This document shows, one piece after another, positions 14,061 to 25,817 of a stretch of DNA of 64,000 nt. Below the pieces are notes generated by a model. That model made no database searches, was not told the origin of the DNA, and saw only the letters and a list, made by a program, of their open reading frames with translations. Where the stretch lies: NCBI GenBank assembly GCA_030704615.1, contig CM060732.1, positions 82,212,001-82,276,000 of the forward strand, given 5' to 3'. Source of the stretch: Takakia lepidozioides (lineage: Eukaryota; Plantae; Bryophyta). Made by a program: the position numbers and the translations under genes. The number at the start of each line of letters is the position of its first letter. The stretch's first letter is position 1.

Positions 14061-17000
14061 TTAGGGAAGAAGAAGAGCACGGCGCCCACGTAAAATCTGA
14101 TAGATCAAATATGGACCGTCGATCTTGAGCTTGGATTTGCATGCATGCTTGCCATGCTGTAATCGAACGCACACGGTCTGTCCCACCTGAAACAGGTTAG
14201 AATACTTGACACGCTTGTTAAAATTACGGGCCTGGGTTAATTGAGCCTTACCAATGTTTGTCTTGGTATCATGGATAGACACCGCATGTCGAGCATGAAG
14301 ATCCTCAACAAAGGTCTCAAGATCAACCGGATCAGCAACAGTAGAGATAAGAGGGGTAGAATGCAAAGGAGAAACATGTTTGCGACCATAGAACAATTCA
14401 AAAGGAGTCTTCTTGGTGCTAGCATGCACGGCGGTACGATAAGCAAAGAGAATAGGGGGAAAAAAGGTATCCCACTCCCTGGTAAGTGCGCCATTCTTCT
14501 CCAACATTCGGCAAAGAGTTTGGTTGAAGCGTTCCGTAAGGCCATTGGTCTGGGGATGAAATGGGGCGGTGGTGGAATGCTTGACACCGAAGTTGAAGCA
14601 AACCACCGTGAGGAGCTGGTTACAAAACTCCTTGCCCTGATCCGTTAGTATCTCCCGAGGACACCCACGCCGCATAAGGATCTCATTGAAGAAGAACTGA
14701 GCTACAACATCACTAGCCTTGGAACGCAAAGGCCGGACTTCTATCCACTTAGTCAAGTAGTCGGTAGCAACACAAAGGTAGCTTCGACCCTTTGATGTGA
14801 GTGCGAGAGGTCCTACCAAGTCAATGCCAACACTAGCAAAAGCATGGGTGACAGGCAAAGGCTGCAACTCATATAAGATCCGGGCCCTAGAGAGAGCAAT
14901 GTTAGCACGACAACCTTCACATTTACAGATGAACTCCGTGACGTCTCGGTGAATTCACAGCCAATAGTAAACCTCTTGGATGCGGGCCACAGTTTTCTTG
15001 ATACCAATGTGACCTGCATACAAGGAACAATGGAAACGCTCCAATAAAGCATTCAGCTGGCTCCGTGGTGGCACCTCCAAGTAGCATGGCACTCCCCCTC
15101 AAGTGAGCTCCTTGAAAAGCTTATCACCCATAAAACGGTGAGTAGACACATGATAGAGAATTTGTTTACGCAAGGACTCGGAAAGGCCAACTGGCGAACG
15201 CCCTGATTGGCATCGCTGGAGTAGCGCAATATGCAGCTGATCATCCATGACTGTACTGCACATAAGAGGTAGACAATGAGTTTTAGAGAAGGTGGTCTGG
15301 AGTGCCTGCACCTATGATCTCCAGCCATGGATACCTTCACCTCATTTGTTACTACTCATGCACAACCAAATCAGGCCTTGAAGTTCAAGCCAATAGTCAC
15401 ACTGGAGTACAGCAGCCGAATCACAACAAACTCGGGGCCAAGGAAAGAGAAGAGCTGGAACAAAACGAGGAACTTCCACCAAACCATCCAAATTCTCCCT
15501 AAGCGATAAATCCACCACACATGCTAACACATGAATAAATCAACCAGGATCATCAAGAAGGCTAGACCAGCCCCAAGTAGCCAATATGCCATCCGAATCC
15601 AATGTCAAAGGGTGCTGATCTACACAAAGGAGGTTGAGAAGCGGAGCTGGATCAGGAGGATGGGCTGCATCAGCAGCAGCAAGGTCATCCAAGGTAAGCA
15701 TAGGCCTGCTGACATGAGGATCAACCCGCGTGAGTGCATCAACATTCGTGTTTTCCTTGCCCTTCTTGTAGACTATATCCATATCAAATTCCTGCAGGTA
15801 CATAGACCATCTAGCAAGTCTGCCATGAAGTTCCCTAGGCTTAACAAGAGCCTTTAGTGGAAGATGATCAGTCTCTACCACAAACCGGCTGCCATGTAAA
15901 TATTGCCTAAAATGCTTCATACCAAAGACTAGGGCTAGACCTTCATTGTCAGATATGGAATAATTCCATTCAAGACGATCTAGACGACGAGATGCATAAG
16001 CTATAACATGCTCCTTGCCTTCTACTATTTGACATAAGATTGCAGAGATGGCAACATTAGATGCATCAGTCTGAAGCAAGAAAGGTAACTCAAAGTTGGG
16101 AAACATCAGGATGGGAGCTGAACACAAAGCCTTGCAAATGGTGTCAAAGGCAGCCTGCTGGAAGAAGGTCCATTCAAACCTGGCATCTTTGTCAGAGAGT
16201 GAGCAAGCTTGGCAAAGTTCTCGATGAAGCGCCGATAATAAGAAGTCAGACCAAGGAAGGATTTGATACAATGTTTATCCCTGGGGATATGAAAGCCCCA
16301 AACAGACTCAAGCTTGGCAGGATCAGGAAGCAAACCATCTTTGGGCAGAATATGACCAAGGAAGTGGAGCTCAGGCATGAATAGCTCACATTTCTTGGGC
16401 TTAACTTTGAGGCCTGCAGTGCGCAATTTGCTGAAGACACGCTGCAGATAAGCTAAGTGAGCATCAAAGCTGGCTGAGTAAACATTGATATCATCAACAT
16501 AAATTAAAGCACACTCCGAGCGAAGATTGCCCAAGACAATGTCCATGAGGCGTAGGAAAGTAGAGGTGGCATTGCACAAACCAAAAGGCATGGTTTCATA
16601 TTGGTACTTACCCATGCGACACACAAAAGAGGTCTTTTCTTTGGCTGCTTCAGTAAGAGGAACTTGCCAAAAGCCATATGCAAGATCAAGAGAGGAGAAA
16701 ATTGTAGCACCATGTAGTTAATCCAAGGTTTCATTAATCCTGGGTAGAGGGTAGGCATCTTTTTTTGTGATGTCATTCAGCTTCCTGAAGTCAACACAAG
16801 CGGGTTGTACCATCTTTCTTTCCGACCATGACAATTGGACTAGCCCAAGGAGAGACTGAAGGTTTAATCACACCAGCATCAAGCATTTTCTGGACTTCTT
16901 CTTGGATTATGGCAGGTTCCTTGACACTCTCTCGGTAAACAAATTGTTCAATAGGAGCCCCTTTAGTGACAATGTCATGTTGAAGAATATGAGTGCGCCC

Positions 17001-18134
17001 TAAGTCAATGGATCCCAAACTGAAAATATCTAGATTCTTTGCAATAAGCATTTCCACCTTTCTCCTCTGGCCAGAGGAGAGAGTTGTGCCCAACTTGATT
17101 TCTGATAAAACTTTGGTGAGGGCCTTCTTACCTCCTAGACTGAGATCAGGAACAAGTGGTGGTGCAACTGCAGCAAAGGCAGCAACCACATCTAAGGGGC
17201 CATGTTGGATGCCAATGGCCTCAAGTCCAAAACCAGCCTGCACCTCTTATATGTCAGCAATAAGGAGAGCAGTGATACGAGCCAAAACTTGCCCCTTTTT
17301 AATAGTCACTGGGACGCGCTCGGGATTAGCAATCAGAATCTTGACTTCTTGCCAATATCCTTTATCTAGAACACCATTGGCCACCAGGCAATGCTTAAGG
17401 GCAGTCAGTTTTCTCCATCCTTCAACTTTTAGGAAATGAGCAGCTGGACACAAGAAGGCCAGACCAGACTTGACCACCTTCTGGGTCAAGGCAGGGATAA
17501 TGATGTTGAGAGGTGCACGAATCAGAGTAGAATTCTTTGGAATGGCTATGGGTACCCCTGTCCTATCTCTAGCACCAGGAACATGCCACTGATATAAGAG
17601 TTGAAGATCAGGCTGATACTTGTAGAAATCATGTCAATTGAGGTTGGAGTGAGAGTTCTGCTGTACCTCCTTGACCAGGGCCTGGACTCTGGACAAATTG
17701 GTTGTGGAAGATCCAGCCTTGATCTTTACTGCTTTCAAGGGAACCACTACTTCATGCCCTTCTCCATTGTTAAAGCGAAGGGAGTAGTATGCTAAGCTGA
17801 TGGTGGCACCAGCTCCAGTCATCCAGTCAAGGCCTAGAAGGAATTGATCACCAATGGTGACTATGCAGGTCACCACAACCTCCCTTTTATGAATTCTGAT
17901 GGGAACAGTGACTAGTCCTAAGGGCTTATACCTGGATCCATCTGCAATAAGCGCCTCGATACCCGTGGCAGGACATAGTTTAAGACCAAGAACTCTTACA
18001 ACACTTAAAGGTATAACAGATATAGTGCATGTTGTATCAATCACACTGGGAAAGCTGGGCTCGTGGATATGGCACTGGGCCATGAGGGGACTGATCTGCT
18101 GCCCGAAAGTCTGTCTACTGAGAGGACAATGCAA
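14061..18134 (-). pseudogene. Gypsy pol (PR, dUTPase-like, RT, RH, INT), interrupted
   Basis: ORF track fragments 17634-18134, 17247-17489, 16791-17243, 16106-16624, 15540-16271 and 14061-14867 carry the canonical motifs. Confidence 0.9.
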
Positions 18135-18228
18135 AGCTTTAAAGTTAGTAGATAAAACAGCTTGAATTGGAACAGAAGAAGTAGGGTTGGTAGATGATGG
18201 ACCTCTTGCCCCTTCCCAAGAGATATTT

Positions 18229-20157
18229 CTAGTTTAAAGGAGGGGAATAACCACTAGTTGTCTTCTTGTTCTTGATTAACTCTGGTAGCCCTGCTCTATC
18301 TGGACAATGCTTCGTCCAGTGTTCAAATGACCCACAAATTTACAGGCAGCACGATTACCCTGATAGGCTTGCCCAGTCTGGGTTTGACCTCTATTGTTAT
18401 CACGTGTTGGTCCTTGGCCATGTCGAGGCTGCCACCTTTGTTGATGAGCTTGCATGGCAACAAACTGAGTGGCAACAGACTCACTAAGACTTCCCACAGT
18501 ATTAGCCAATCCCTGAAGAGTGAAATCATCAGCTTTGCATGTCATAACAGGAGGAACATATGGTGAAGATGTTGTAGGCATGCCAAGCTCTGAGCCCATT
18601 GGAGCTTGAAACTTGGCATGACGTTGCATTGATTTGCTGTCAGCCAAGTCTGCCATTTTAAGATTAATTTCTGCTAACATAGTCTTGTCATTAACAAAAT
18701 GACGTCGCTGAGCGCAATTCTGAACAGTGGAAGGCAACCCAAGGAGAAAATACCTTTTAACCATACGATCTCTCTCTGCAGGGTCTATGATATTTTCAAC
18801 AGCAGCAAATTTAAGATCCATGTAATACTTCCATAAGGATTCCCCAGGTTGGTAAGTCCTAGCAAAAAGCTTGGCAAAGCAATCCAGAGGCCTCTCAGGA
18901 GGTTTGAACAAGGTCTTTGCCCATTCCACCAGCGTTGCCCAGTTGAGGCTGGGATCATCTATGACAGCTGCATGTAGTAAATCACGAGTTGGTCCCTTCA
19001 TGCTCATCCTAAAAATTGCCATTTTGAAATTCTCAAGCACTCCATTGACACCAGCAATGACCTCAAACATCTGAAGATATCTATCAAAGTCCTCTCCCAT
19101 GGTATACTCTGGGTAAGGTTGAGTAGTCAGCTGAGGGATCAGATGACAAGGTAGGCTATGGTTAATGTGACCAGGGATGATAGAGCCATGAGCAAAGCAA
19201 TAGGGAACCATGGGAGCAGTATTACCATGCACATATCCAATATTAGATGCAGAATTATGACTCATATTATTATTGCTGGCTGATCCTAAAGCAGTTGAAG
19301 CTGACAGATGTGACGCCACCGTGGCCATGGGGGGAGCAGGTGTTGCCACATTTGCCTGAGCAACAGGGTAGGTCGACTGCAAGTGGTTTGTGGCATTCCA
19401 CTCATGGGAAGAGCGGATGCCATTCCCACCGGTTGTGTTGACACTGATCTTAGACCACTAGGAGGGATATTGCCAACGTACATACCCATGGACTGGCTAG
19501 AGACAAGGTGTGGTGGCACCCCAGCCTGTGTAGCAGAACTGATTGACCCGTGATGGCAGGAGTCAGAGCAGTAGACACACTAGAGAGCCCTGGCATCATG
19601 ATACCCCCACCTTGAACAACACCATGCACATTCAACACAGGAAAACTGCCCACATGCATGCCTGAATTTGCAGGTAATAAATTCCCTCCCCCGAGAGTGG
19701 GACTAGGGAAATTCACAACAGGCAGCACACTAGGACTCACGTTAGCACCTTGGGCCGGCATACTACTCGTAATAGCCCTTGCGTCCGAGACCAACCTGAT
19801 TCTACCCTGTCCATGACCAGACAACACCATGGGCTCACTACCTTAAACCTCCATGGCCCTACTAATCTGAGTAAGAAGAATCGCGGTTTTTTCTATCCCT
19901 GATCCTATGGGCAAAACAGCAGAGCCCTCCTCATCTATCCTCACGACACCATCATCATGCAACAGTTCTAAGTCCTCCTCTTTATTACCAGAGTCCAAGG
20001 GAACGTCATCAATCAAGGCATTACCTGCCTGAAGGTTGTCTGATTCCCCACTGATATCAAACATGCCCCTGCCAGGCGGCCCGAGTGGCTCTTGCGAACC
20101 AGACATGAGCCTCTGTCTACCAGATCGCAACCAAGAACTTGCAGATGCGTTTGGCAT
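18229..20157 (-). pseudogene. Gypsy gag with long low-complexity N-terminus and CCHC zinc knuckle
   Basis: ORF pieces 20157-19843, 19830-19450 and 19382-18276 (capsid-like region FARTYQPGESLWKYYMDL...FLLGLP). Restoring 1 nt at ~18338 gives C-KF-C-GSFE-H-WTKH-C and the ending SPPLN*. Confidence 0.75.
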
Positions 20158-21528
20158 GCAAAAACAAAGACAATTGTGGAAAAGAAAGAACCTCTAAGCC
20201 GCCGGGATGAGCAGTCGCGGCCGTGGGCTCGGCACCCGTGAAGCTTTGGGAGTCCAAACAGAGCAAGAAAGAAGCTTGAGCAGGTCATGGGAATCAGAAC
20301 TATACACTGCCAACGCCAGCCACTCCCACACCCTCTCGTCCTTAATCCATAAGCCCACCCGCGTCGTGCCGTTGTCCTCCCACGTCCGGGACAACACTGA
20401 AGAATTGGGAAAACTATCCAGGTGATCTGCAATGCGAGGGCAAAGGACACGCTGTTCAAAGCCAGGTACCTGGCAAAATCACGATGTCGGACGACTGCAC
20501 ATGCAAACTACCTCCCACGAGACCATCCACCAAGTCCACCGTCGTGGGCTTGTAACGACAGACCTGGGCATGAAATCGAAGAGTTCGCAACAACAAGGCT
20601 CCAGAGCCTTCAACCAGCAACGAGAGCCACGAGCCTGCTGTCCATTCAGTCGTTTGCCACATGCCCGACTCACGGCGAACTAACAATGGTAGGTGGAGCC
20701 CGAGCGCTTCCCAGGCCACTTGCCGATGATGAAGAAGACGAGCGTTGCACACTTATGGTCTTAAGCACGGGGAATTTCTGACAGCCACGACGGCTCGGGT
20801 CTGGCACAACGCACTCTCTCTCCCAGAGCTAGAGCTAGACCCAGGGCGCACAAAAATTGCTTCGTGATGACTATTTAGACGACGAGCATCCTCGCGAACA
20901 GATGCCTCAAACTTTTCAAACCACTGCACATCCTCCAGAAGCAATTCCCCTAGAGACTCATCATACTCCTGAGAGCGCTCAATATCTCTCTCAAACTCTC
21001 TCTCTCGTTCTCTCGGACACTCGTAATCAGGACCAGGATCATAGAAATTGTCAAAATTATAGTACTCAGGATCGCAACTATCTAAAGCTGGGTGACCTCT
21101 CATCTCTTGGTGACCAGACCTCAACCTCATTCACATCAACATCATATCTAGGGCTATTTGAACTCAGATGCACGACAAGACCAGGACTGTCAGTGCTGGG
21201 TTTAGGCAGGGGTGACACTGGCGAGGCAACAATGCCAAGCAGTGCACGTCGAGAGGGGTTAGTGACAGCAAGATCAGTCGCTACCGTCAAAGCATGGTTA
21301 GTCTCAATCTCCAGAACCAAATCAACTTGTACAGACAGACTTTCTCCCTCTCTGCGTGCTACACAGCTAGTACTACGCACCGAGGCCATCGTCCTGCAGC
21401 ACAGCATAACGAGCAGGGTGAGAAAGCAAATACGAAACAGTAGGAGAAAACATCGCAGGGTGGCTGGCCGTCATCAGACAAGACTGATTAGAGAGCAAAG
21501 AGCAAAAGATTAGCGCAGATTCCTCAAC

Positions 21529-21673
21529 AGCCACCAGCCTAAACTAACCCTAACCTAGACATCATTGTAACGGATTAACGGCTTTATACGCCAAAAGATT
21601 ATACTATGGATGTGTATCGCCGGTTTGGATGAAACGGGTTATTTCCAGGCGTAAGCAAGTATGGGGCTTTATA
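21529..21673 (-). repeat. Truncated 5' LTR remnant (145 bp)
   Basis: Direct repeat of 13493-13637; similarity stops abruptly at 21529. Confidence 0.8.
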
Positions 21674-22810
21674 TGCCCTAGTTGTTATAAAATCTTGCTC
21701 CTTTACAACTTACAGAGGATATATTTTAAGTTTACTTTAGTTTCTTCAAAGGGACATGGCTGGAACTTATGGCCAGACTACGGTTACCCAAGGGGTGTTT
21801 AAGCTGACAAGCGTCAAATCTCCTCCAGCCTTGGGCAGGTGGTGGAGCACCCCACACCTTCGTCACACTCCCCCCACCTACAAGACCTTGTTCTCGATCA
21901 TTGCTCCCCATAGTGGGACAGGGGAACGAGGAGGGGAGCAGGATTGGGAACAAGGAAAGGATCAGGGGAGCAGGGAGTGGGAGCGAGGGAGCGGAGTAGG
22001 GATTTTAGGACTTAGAATTATTTTGGAGATGAAGAACTACATTAAATTGTTGTAATGTCTATTTATTTATCCATCAGCAACACCAAGTTAAGCCCCAAAC
22101 CTCATCATTTGTGCCAGGTTCTATGGGCACTCCCAAACGCCCCCAAGCAAGCGCCCCGGGTGGGAATTGCCCCTTAAAAATGAGAAAGAGTGGTTCCATG
22201 GACACCTTTCCATTCACCCCCCTAAAAATCACCATGGCACCGGCCCATGACATACCGTAGTACCTTGGCAAGTTCAACAATCATATGTTGAATATTTATT
22301 TTATTTTGAGAATTTCATTTCAACATATAAAATATTCCCAAAGATGTTTTATTATCATTCACAAAGTTATTTAATTTCGTAAAATCAATTTCCAAAATTT
22401 TCAACAATCTTTGAAATATTACAATTTGCGTCGAAATTGCCAAGGTACTACGGTAGTAAATGACAATTAATATAAGTTTTGGATGAAGATGTAAAAAATC
22501 AGTCCTTCTCCTAAAATCTAACTTACTTTGGATTGAAATCAATAGCACTAGGGTAGCATGTGCCTTTGGCCCAAGTGTGAAGAATTGAAATGTAAGACCA
22601 AGTGTGATTTTGATAACAGGGCCTCCGTCCGTCCCCTTTTATTTTTGAAAAAAAATGTGATTTTCTATGTATCCCAATGCGTCTCCTACGTCAAGGCCCA
22701 TCTAAGCCCAAGTGCATCTCCCATGTAGAGGCAAGTGTCCACTGTCATCCATGCCTCCTATGTAGAGGCCCAAGTGCGACAGCCGATGTTCAATGTCACC
22801 TAAGTCCAAC

Positions 22811-22998
22811 CAACATGTAGCAGAGTGGTAATGGGCGCATACCACGTTGGATGTGGTTGTGGGTTCAAACCACGGTCTGGTGTGTCATGAAGGTGTCCAC
22901 CTTTCAGCTGGAAGGTAATAGCCCTTGTGGTTGTGGTGAAGTGACACCATAAGTTACGCTCCCTTCGGGTGGCGTCAAATATATATATATATATATAT
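22811..22998 (+). mobile_element. tRNA-derived SINE-like element
   Basis: Pol III A-box TAGCAGAGTGG (22818-22828) and B-box GGTTCAAACC (22862-22871) 33 nt apart, then ~100 bp of body ending in an (AT)n tail. No clear TSD. Confidence 0.6.
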
Positions 22999-24433
22999 AA
23001 CCCAAAGCCCACTTTGCTATTTTTGCAATCTCCCATGTCGAGGCTTCAATAGTATATTGATATATCCACTTTGCTATTTTACACGAATTTCCAGCGATAA
23101 AAAATACTTGAAATTCAACATCTCCCACACCGCGGGTCCAAAAAGTCAGTGCACCCCTCCTCATCGAGGGCTTTCCAATAGGACCAAGCACCATGGCTTG
23201 GCCCCCGCAGTTTGTGAGATCTCAACGACGCTACAAAACAAACAAACAAACAAACACACGTCTCGCTTGTTCATTCTGTAAGGCTGCGGGCCTGTTGTAG
23301 AAAAAGACAAAGGTGTCAGTTAGGCTAGGGGCGCAGAAAAATTTGATTGCCCCTTGTGAAGGGACGTCTTTTTTGCGCCCCCTTAGCAAAGGGTGATTCT
23401 GTGGGGGCGCCCCTTACAAAATATTCTATCTAAGCCAATAGCGCCTCTTTAATCCTGAATCCTGGGGTGATTCACGTTGGGGCTTGCAGCTGCCCATGGA
23501 ACCTGGCACTTATTACTCATTACATCCAACTACCACGTTATTACCTGCCAATTTCAAGGTGCAAGGCGAAGTGGCTCTTAGTTACGCCGGCTTTGGCCGG
23601 AGTCATTTGTCTGTCTGTCTCTCTCTTTACCAATTTCAACCAAAACTCCAATCTTTTAGGTAATGCTTTGATATATTATACAGGTCCGCCGGCTTGAGGG
23701 AAGCAAAGGAGGGTGGGGATTTGATAGGCGGCCCCGCTAAAACGTCGCGGGTGTTAAAAAACAAAATCAGAACTAAATCCCTTATTCATATTTTGAAATG
23801 GCGGGAATGCCTTCTTGTTAGGTCATTTGTTGGAGCGCCTTCAAGGGTGGAGTGGGGCTTGTGGAAGATGAAGATTTATGCACAAAGTGCATCCTTAGTA
23901 ATTGTTGTAGTTTCAATACTACTAGTGTTCACATCTTGGGATCACTAATTCACAAGCCTCTACTCGACAAAGTTCTAGTTGACTTGAATCCATCATCAAA
24001 GTGTTGCATTTGGCAGCATACAAACGCTTTCTTTTTCATGTGTCCCAAACTTGGTTTGTCCCTTGCTATATCATTCAAGCTATGGGACAGCTCCAACAAG
24101 CTTGGAAAACTCTATAGACTGTACCAAGGCTTGCTTACATTCCCTAAAACAAATTCCACAATGAGAGGCATTTCTGGTGATTTTTCCTGGAAGCGGACAG
24201 GGGCAGTTGACCTGAACTCCCCGTTGTTGAATAGATACATATTTTTCACTACATGTCAAAGGTTGACAAATCAATTTTGTGCTTTGTGAAATTGTGTATC
24301 ATGGTCTTAGCCTACGTCTTATCCTCAAGACACTAGCCAAATGATATTTGTGTGCCCAAATGCAACCACAATTGATTTTTGATTGAATGGCTTTCTAGCG
24401 TGTGTGTACGATGAGTGAGTCTACATACACACT

Positions 24434-24732
24434 AAGTTGATGAGGCCCTATCAATCATATACACACAAATTTTCAAAATTTAGAGTTGAAAGGGACATAA
24501 CGTGGACCCATTGAGTCATTAGACGTAAACCTTATCATTACGTCACGACACATACAGTCTATATAAAATGAAAGCCCCGAAGAAGAGACCACAAAGTTGA
24601 TGAGGCCCTAACAATCATATACCCACAAATTTTCAAATTTTCAAATTTAGAGTTGAAAGGCATAATGACGTAAACCTTATCATTACGTCACCAGTCTATA
24701 TAAAATGCAGGCACCCAAAGAATAGACCACAA
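24434..24732. repeat. Two imperfect tandem copies of a ~140-160 bp unit
   Basis: AAGTTGATGAGGCCCTA...GACGTAAACCTTATCATTACGTCA...CAGTCTATATAAAATG...AGACCACAAA occurs at ~24434 and ~24594. Confidence 0.85.
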
Positions 24733-25074
24733 AAAAATATGATGATGACTATGTCAAACAAATAAACCAAGCCTCAAATGGCGATGGGCTCTCTTGCTTT
24801 GGCCCAACATAAGAGGAAGTTGAGAGAGTAAGGGCCTGACTAAGCACAACACACCAGTCGGAGCCTTCACACGGTGTCAGGTCCTTTAACTACATTTTCT
24901 CCATGGACTTGAACATGATGCGTAGTCTCTCTATACAAGAGAGCCAACAAGGAAGATAGGAGCCAACTTTCGTACTAAGTTGCCCCTTGAACTTGATTTC
25001 ATGTTGTTTTATTTGAAAGGTCTCGAAAACAAGATTAAAAATAACATAATAGTCAATAGAGCAAACGGCTCGAC

Positions 25075-25817
25075 GCATATGGCTCCTATTTACCACCTCC
25101 CTACGAGTTCGACTGGGTCTTCCGCATCCCTCTGTGTTAGGACTACAACAGTGTGTTTGTCGCCATCCTCTCGATTCAATCGGCGTACATCTTCTTCGTT
25201 GCCCCTGCGATGGAGAACGCACTGCGACCCATGACGTCGTCCAAGATGCAGCAGCTGCGGTTGCTCGTGATGCTGGGATACATGTCATTCGAGAGCAGGT
25301 GCACATACTCCCATCGACCCACAATCACCATTCCACTCGACGATGGGTTGACATTGTTCTCTCACAGGACGGACTGCGTACATTGGCGGACGTTGTCATC
25401 GCTGATCCTACTAGGTCGGATCTCCTGCCCCGCACAGACTCATCATAGGGAGTTGCCGCTTTAGTAGCTGCGCAGGGAAAGGAGCATGACTATCGGGCAC
25501 GTCATTCCACATACACATTCCTTCCTTTGGCTGTCAAGATCTTTGGTTGTTTGCATCATCAGTTCAACGAGTTCCTTCACACATGTGCCCATCATGCAAC
25601 AGAAAACAAAAGCTTTGGAAGCCCATACGCCTCTTTTCTTGTAGCTTTCTTTAGACAACGAGTTTCTGTTGCTTTGCAAAAGGCTCAAGCTCAATCTATT
25701 TTACGTCGGGCAGAGGTTGCTGGGGTGGCTTCATCTCGCCTCCCCGCACTCTCTGATCCATCCTCTTTCCTGCTGTCTGACCTTCTTCATGATGTAGGTG
25801 ATACTATAATAGTTTGA
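25075..25817 (+). mobile_element. 5'-truncated CRE-clade non-LTR retrotransposon (zinc knuckle plus restriction-like endonuclease)
   Basis: One frame with an internal stop at 25446-25448: SLRVRLGLP-C-x-C...H-LLR-C, THDVVQD, RWVDIV...LADVVIADP, GKEHDY, FLPLAVKIFG, FRQRVSVALQKAQA. This is the typical C-terminus of RLE-bearing CRE elements. Confidence 0.8.

Larger units (their letters stand above)
13139..21673 (-). mobile_element. Decayed Ty3/Gypsy LTR retrotransposon (gag, PR, dUTPase-like, RT, RH, INT)
   Basis: Domains on the minus strand: gag ~20157-18229; protease DTT...FLLGLDW 18134-17634; RT ([17 protein letters not shown]) ~16960-16150; RNase H (LQTDAS...ETDHLPLK) 16100-15720; integrase (HHCC, GIDLVGP...TDQG...TERFN, GPY) ~15060-14061. 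RT-RH-INT order is Ty3/Gypsy. Many stops and frameshifts. Terminal direct repeat 13493-13637 vs 21529-21673. The left boundary is uncertain: 13139 TGTTACC, or 12590 if TGCCC is the TSD. Confidence 0.92.

Noticed and set aside
20857-21513. 218-aa antisense ORF in the Gypsy 5' region
   Set aside because: Non-ATG start, no motifs, and it overlaps the more plausible sense-strand ORF remnants.
21690-24300. Additional DNA transposon or Helitron remnants in the AT-rich intergenic block
   Set aside because: Small hairpins and compositional shifts are visible, but no termini, TSD or transposase motif could be established.
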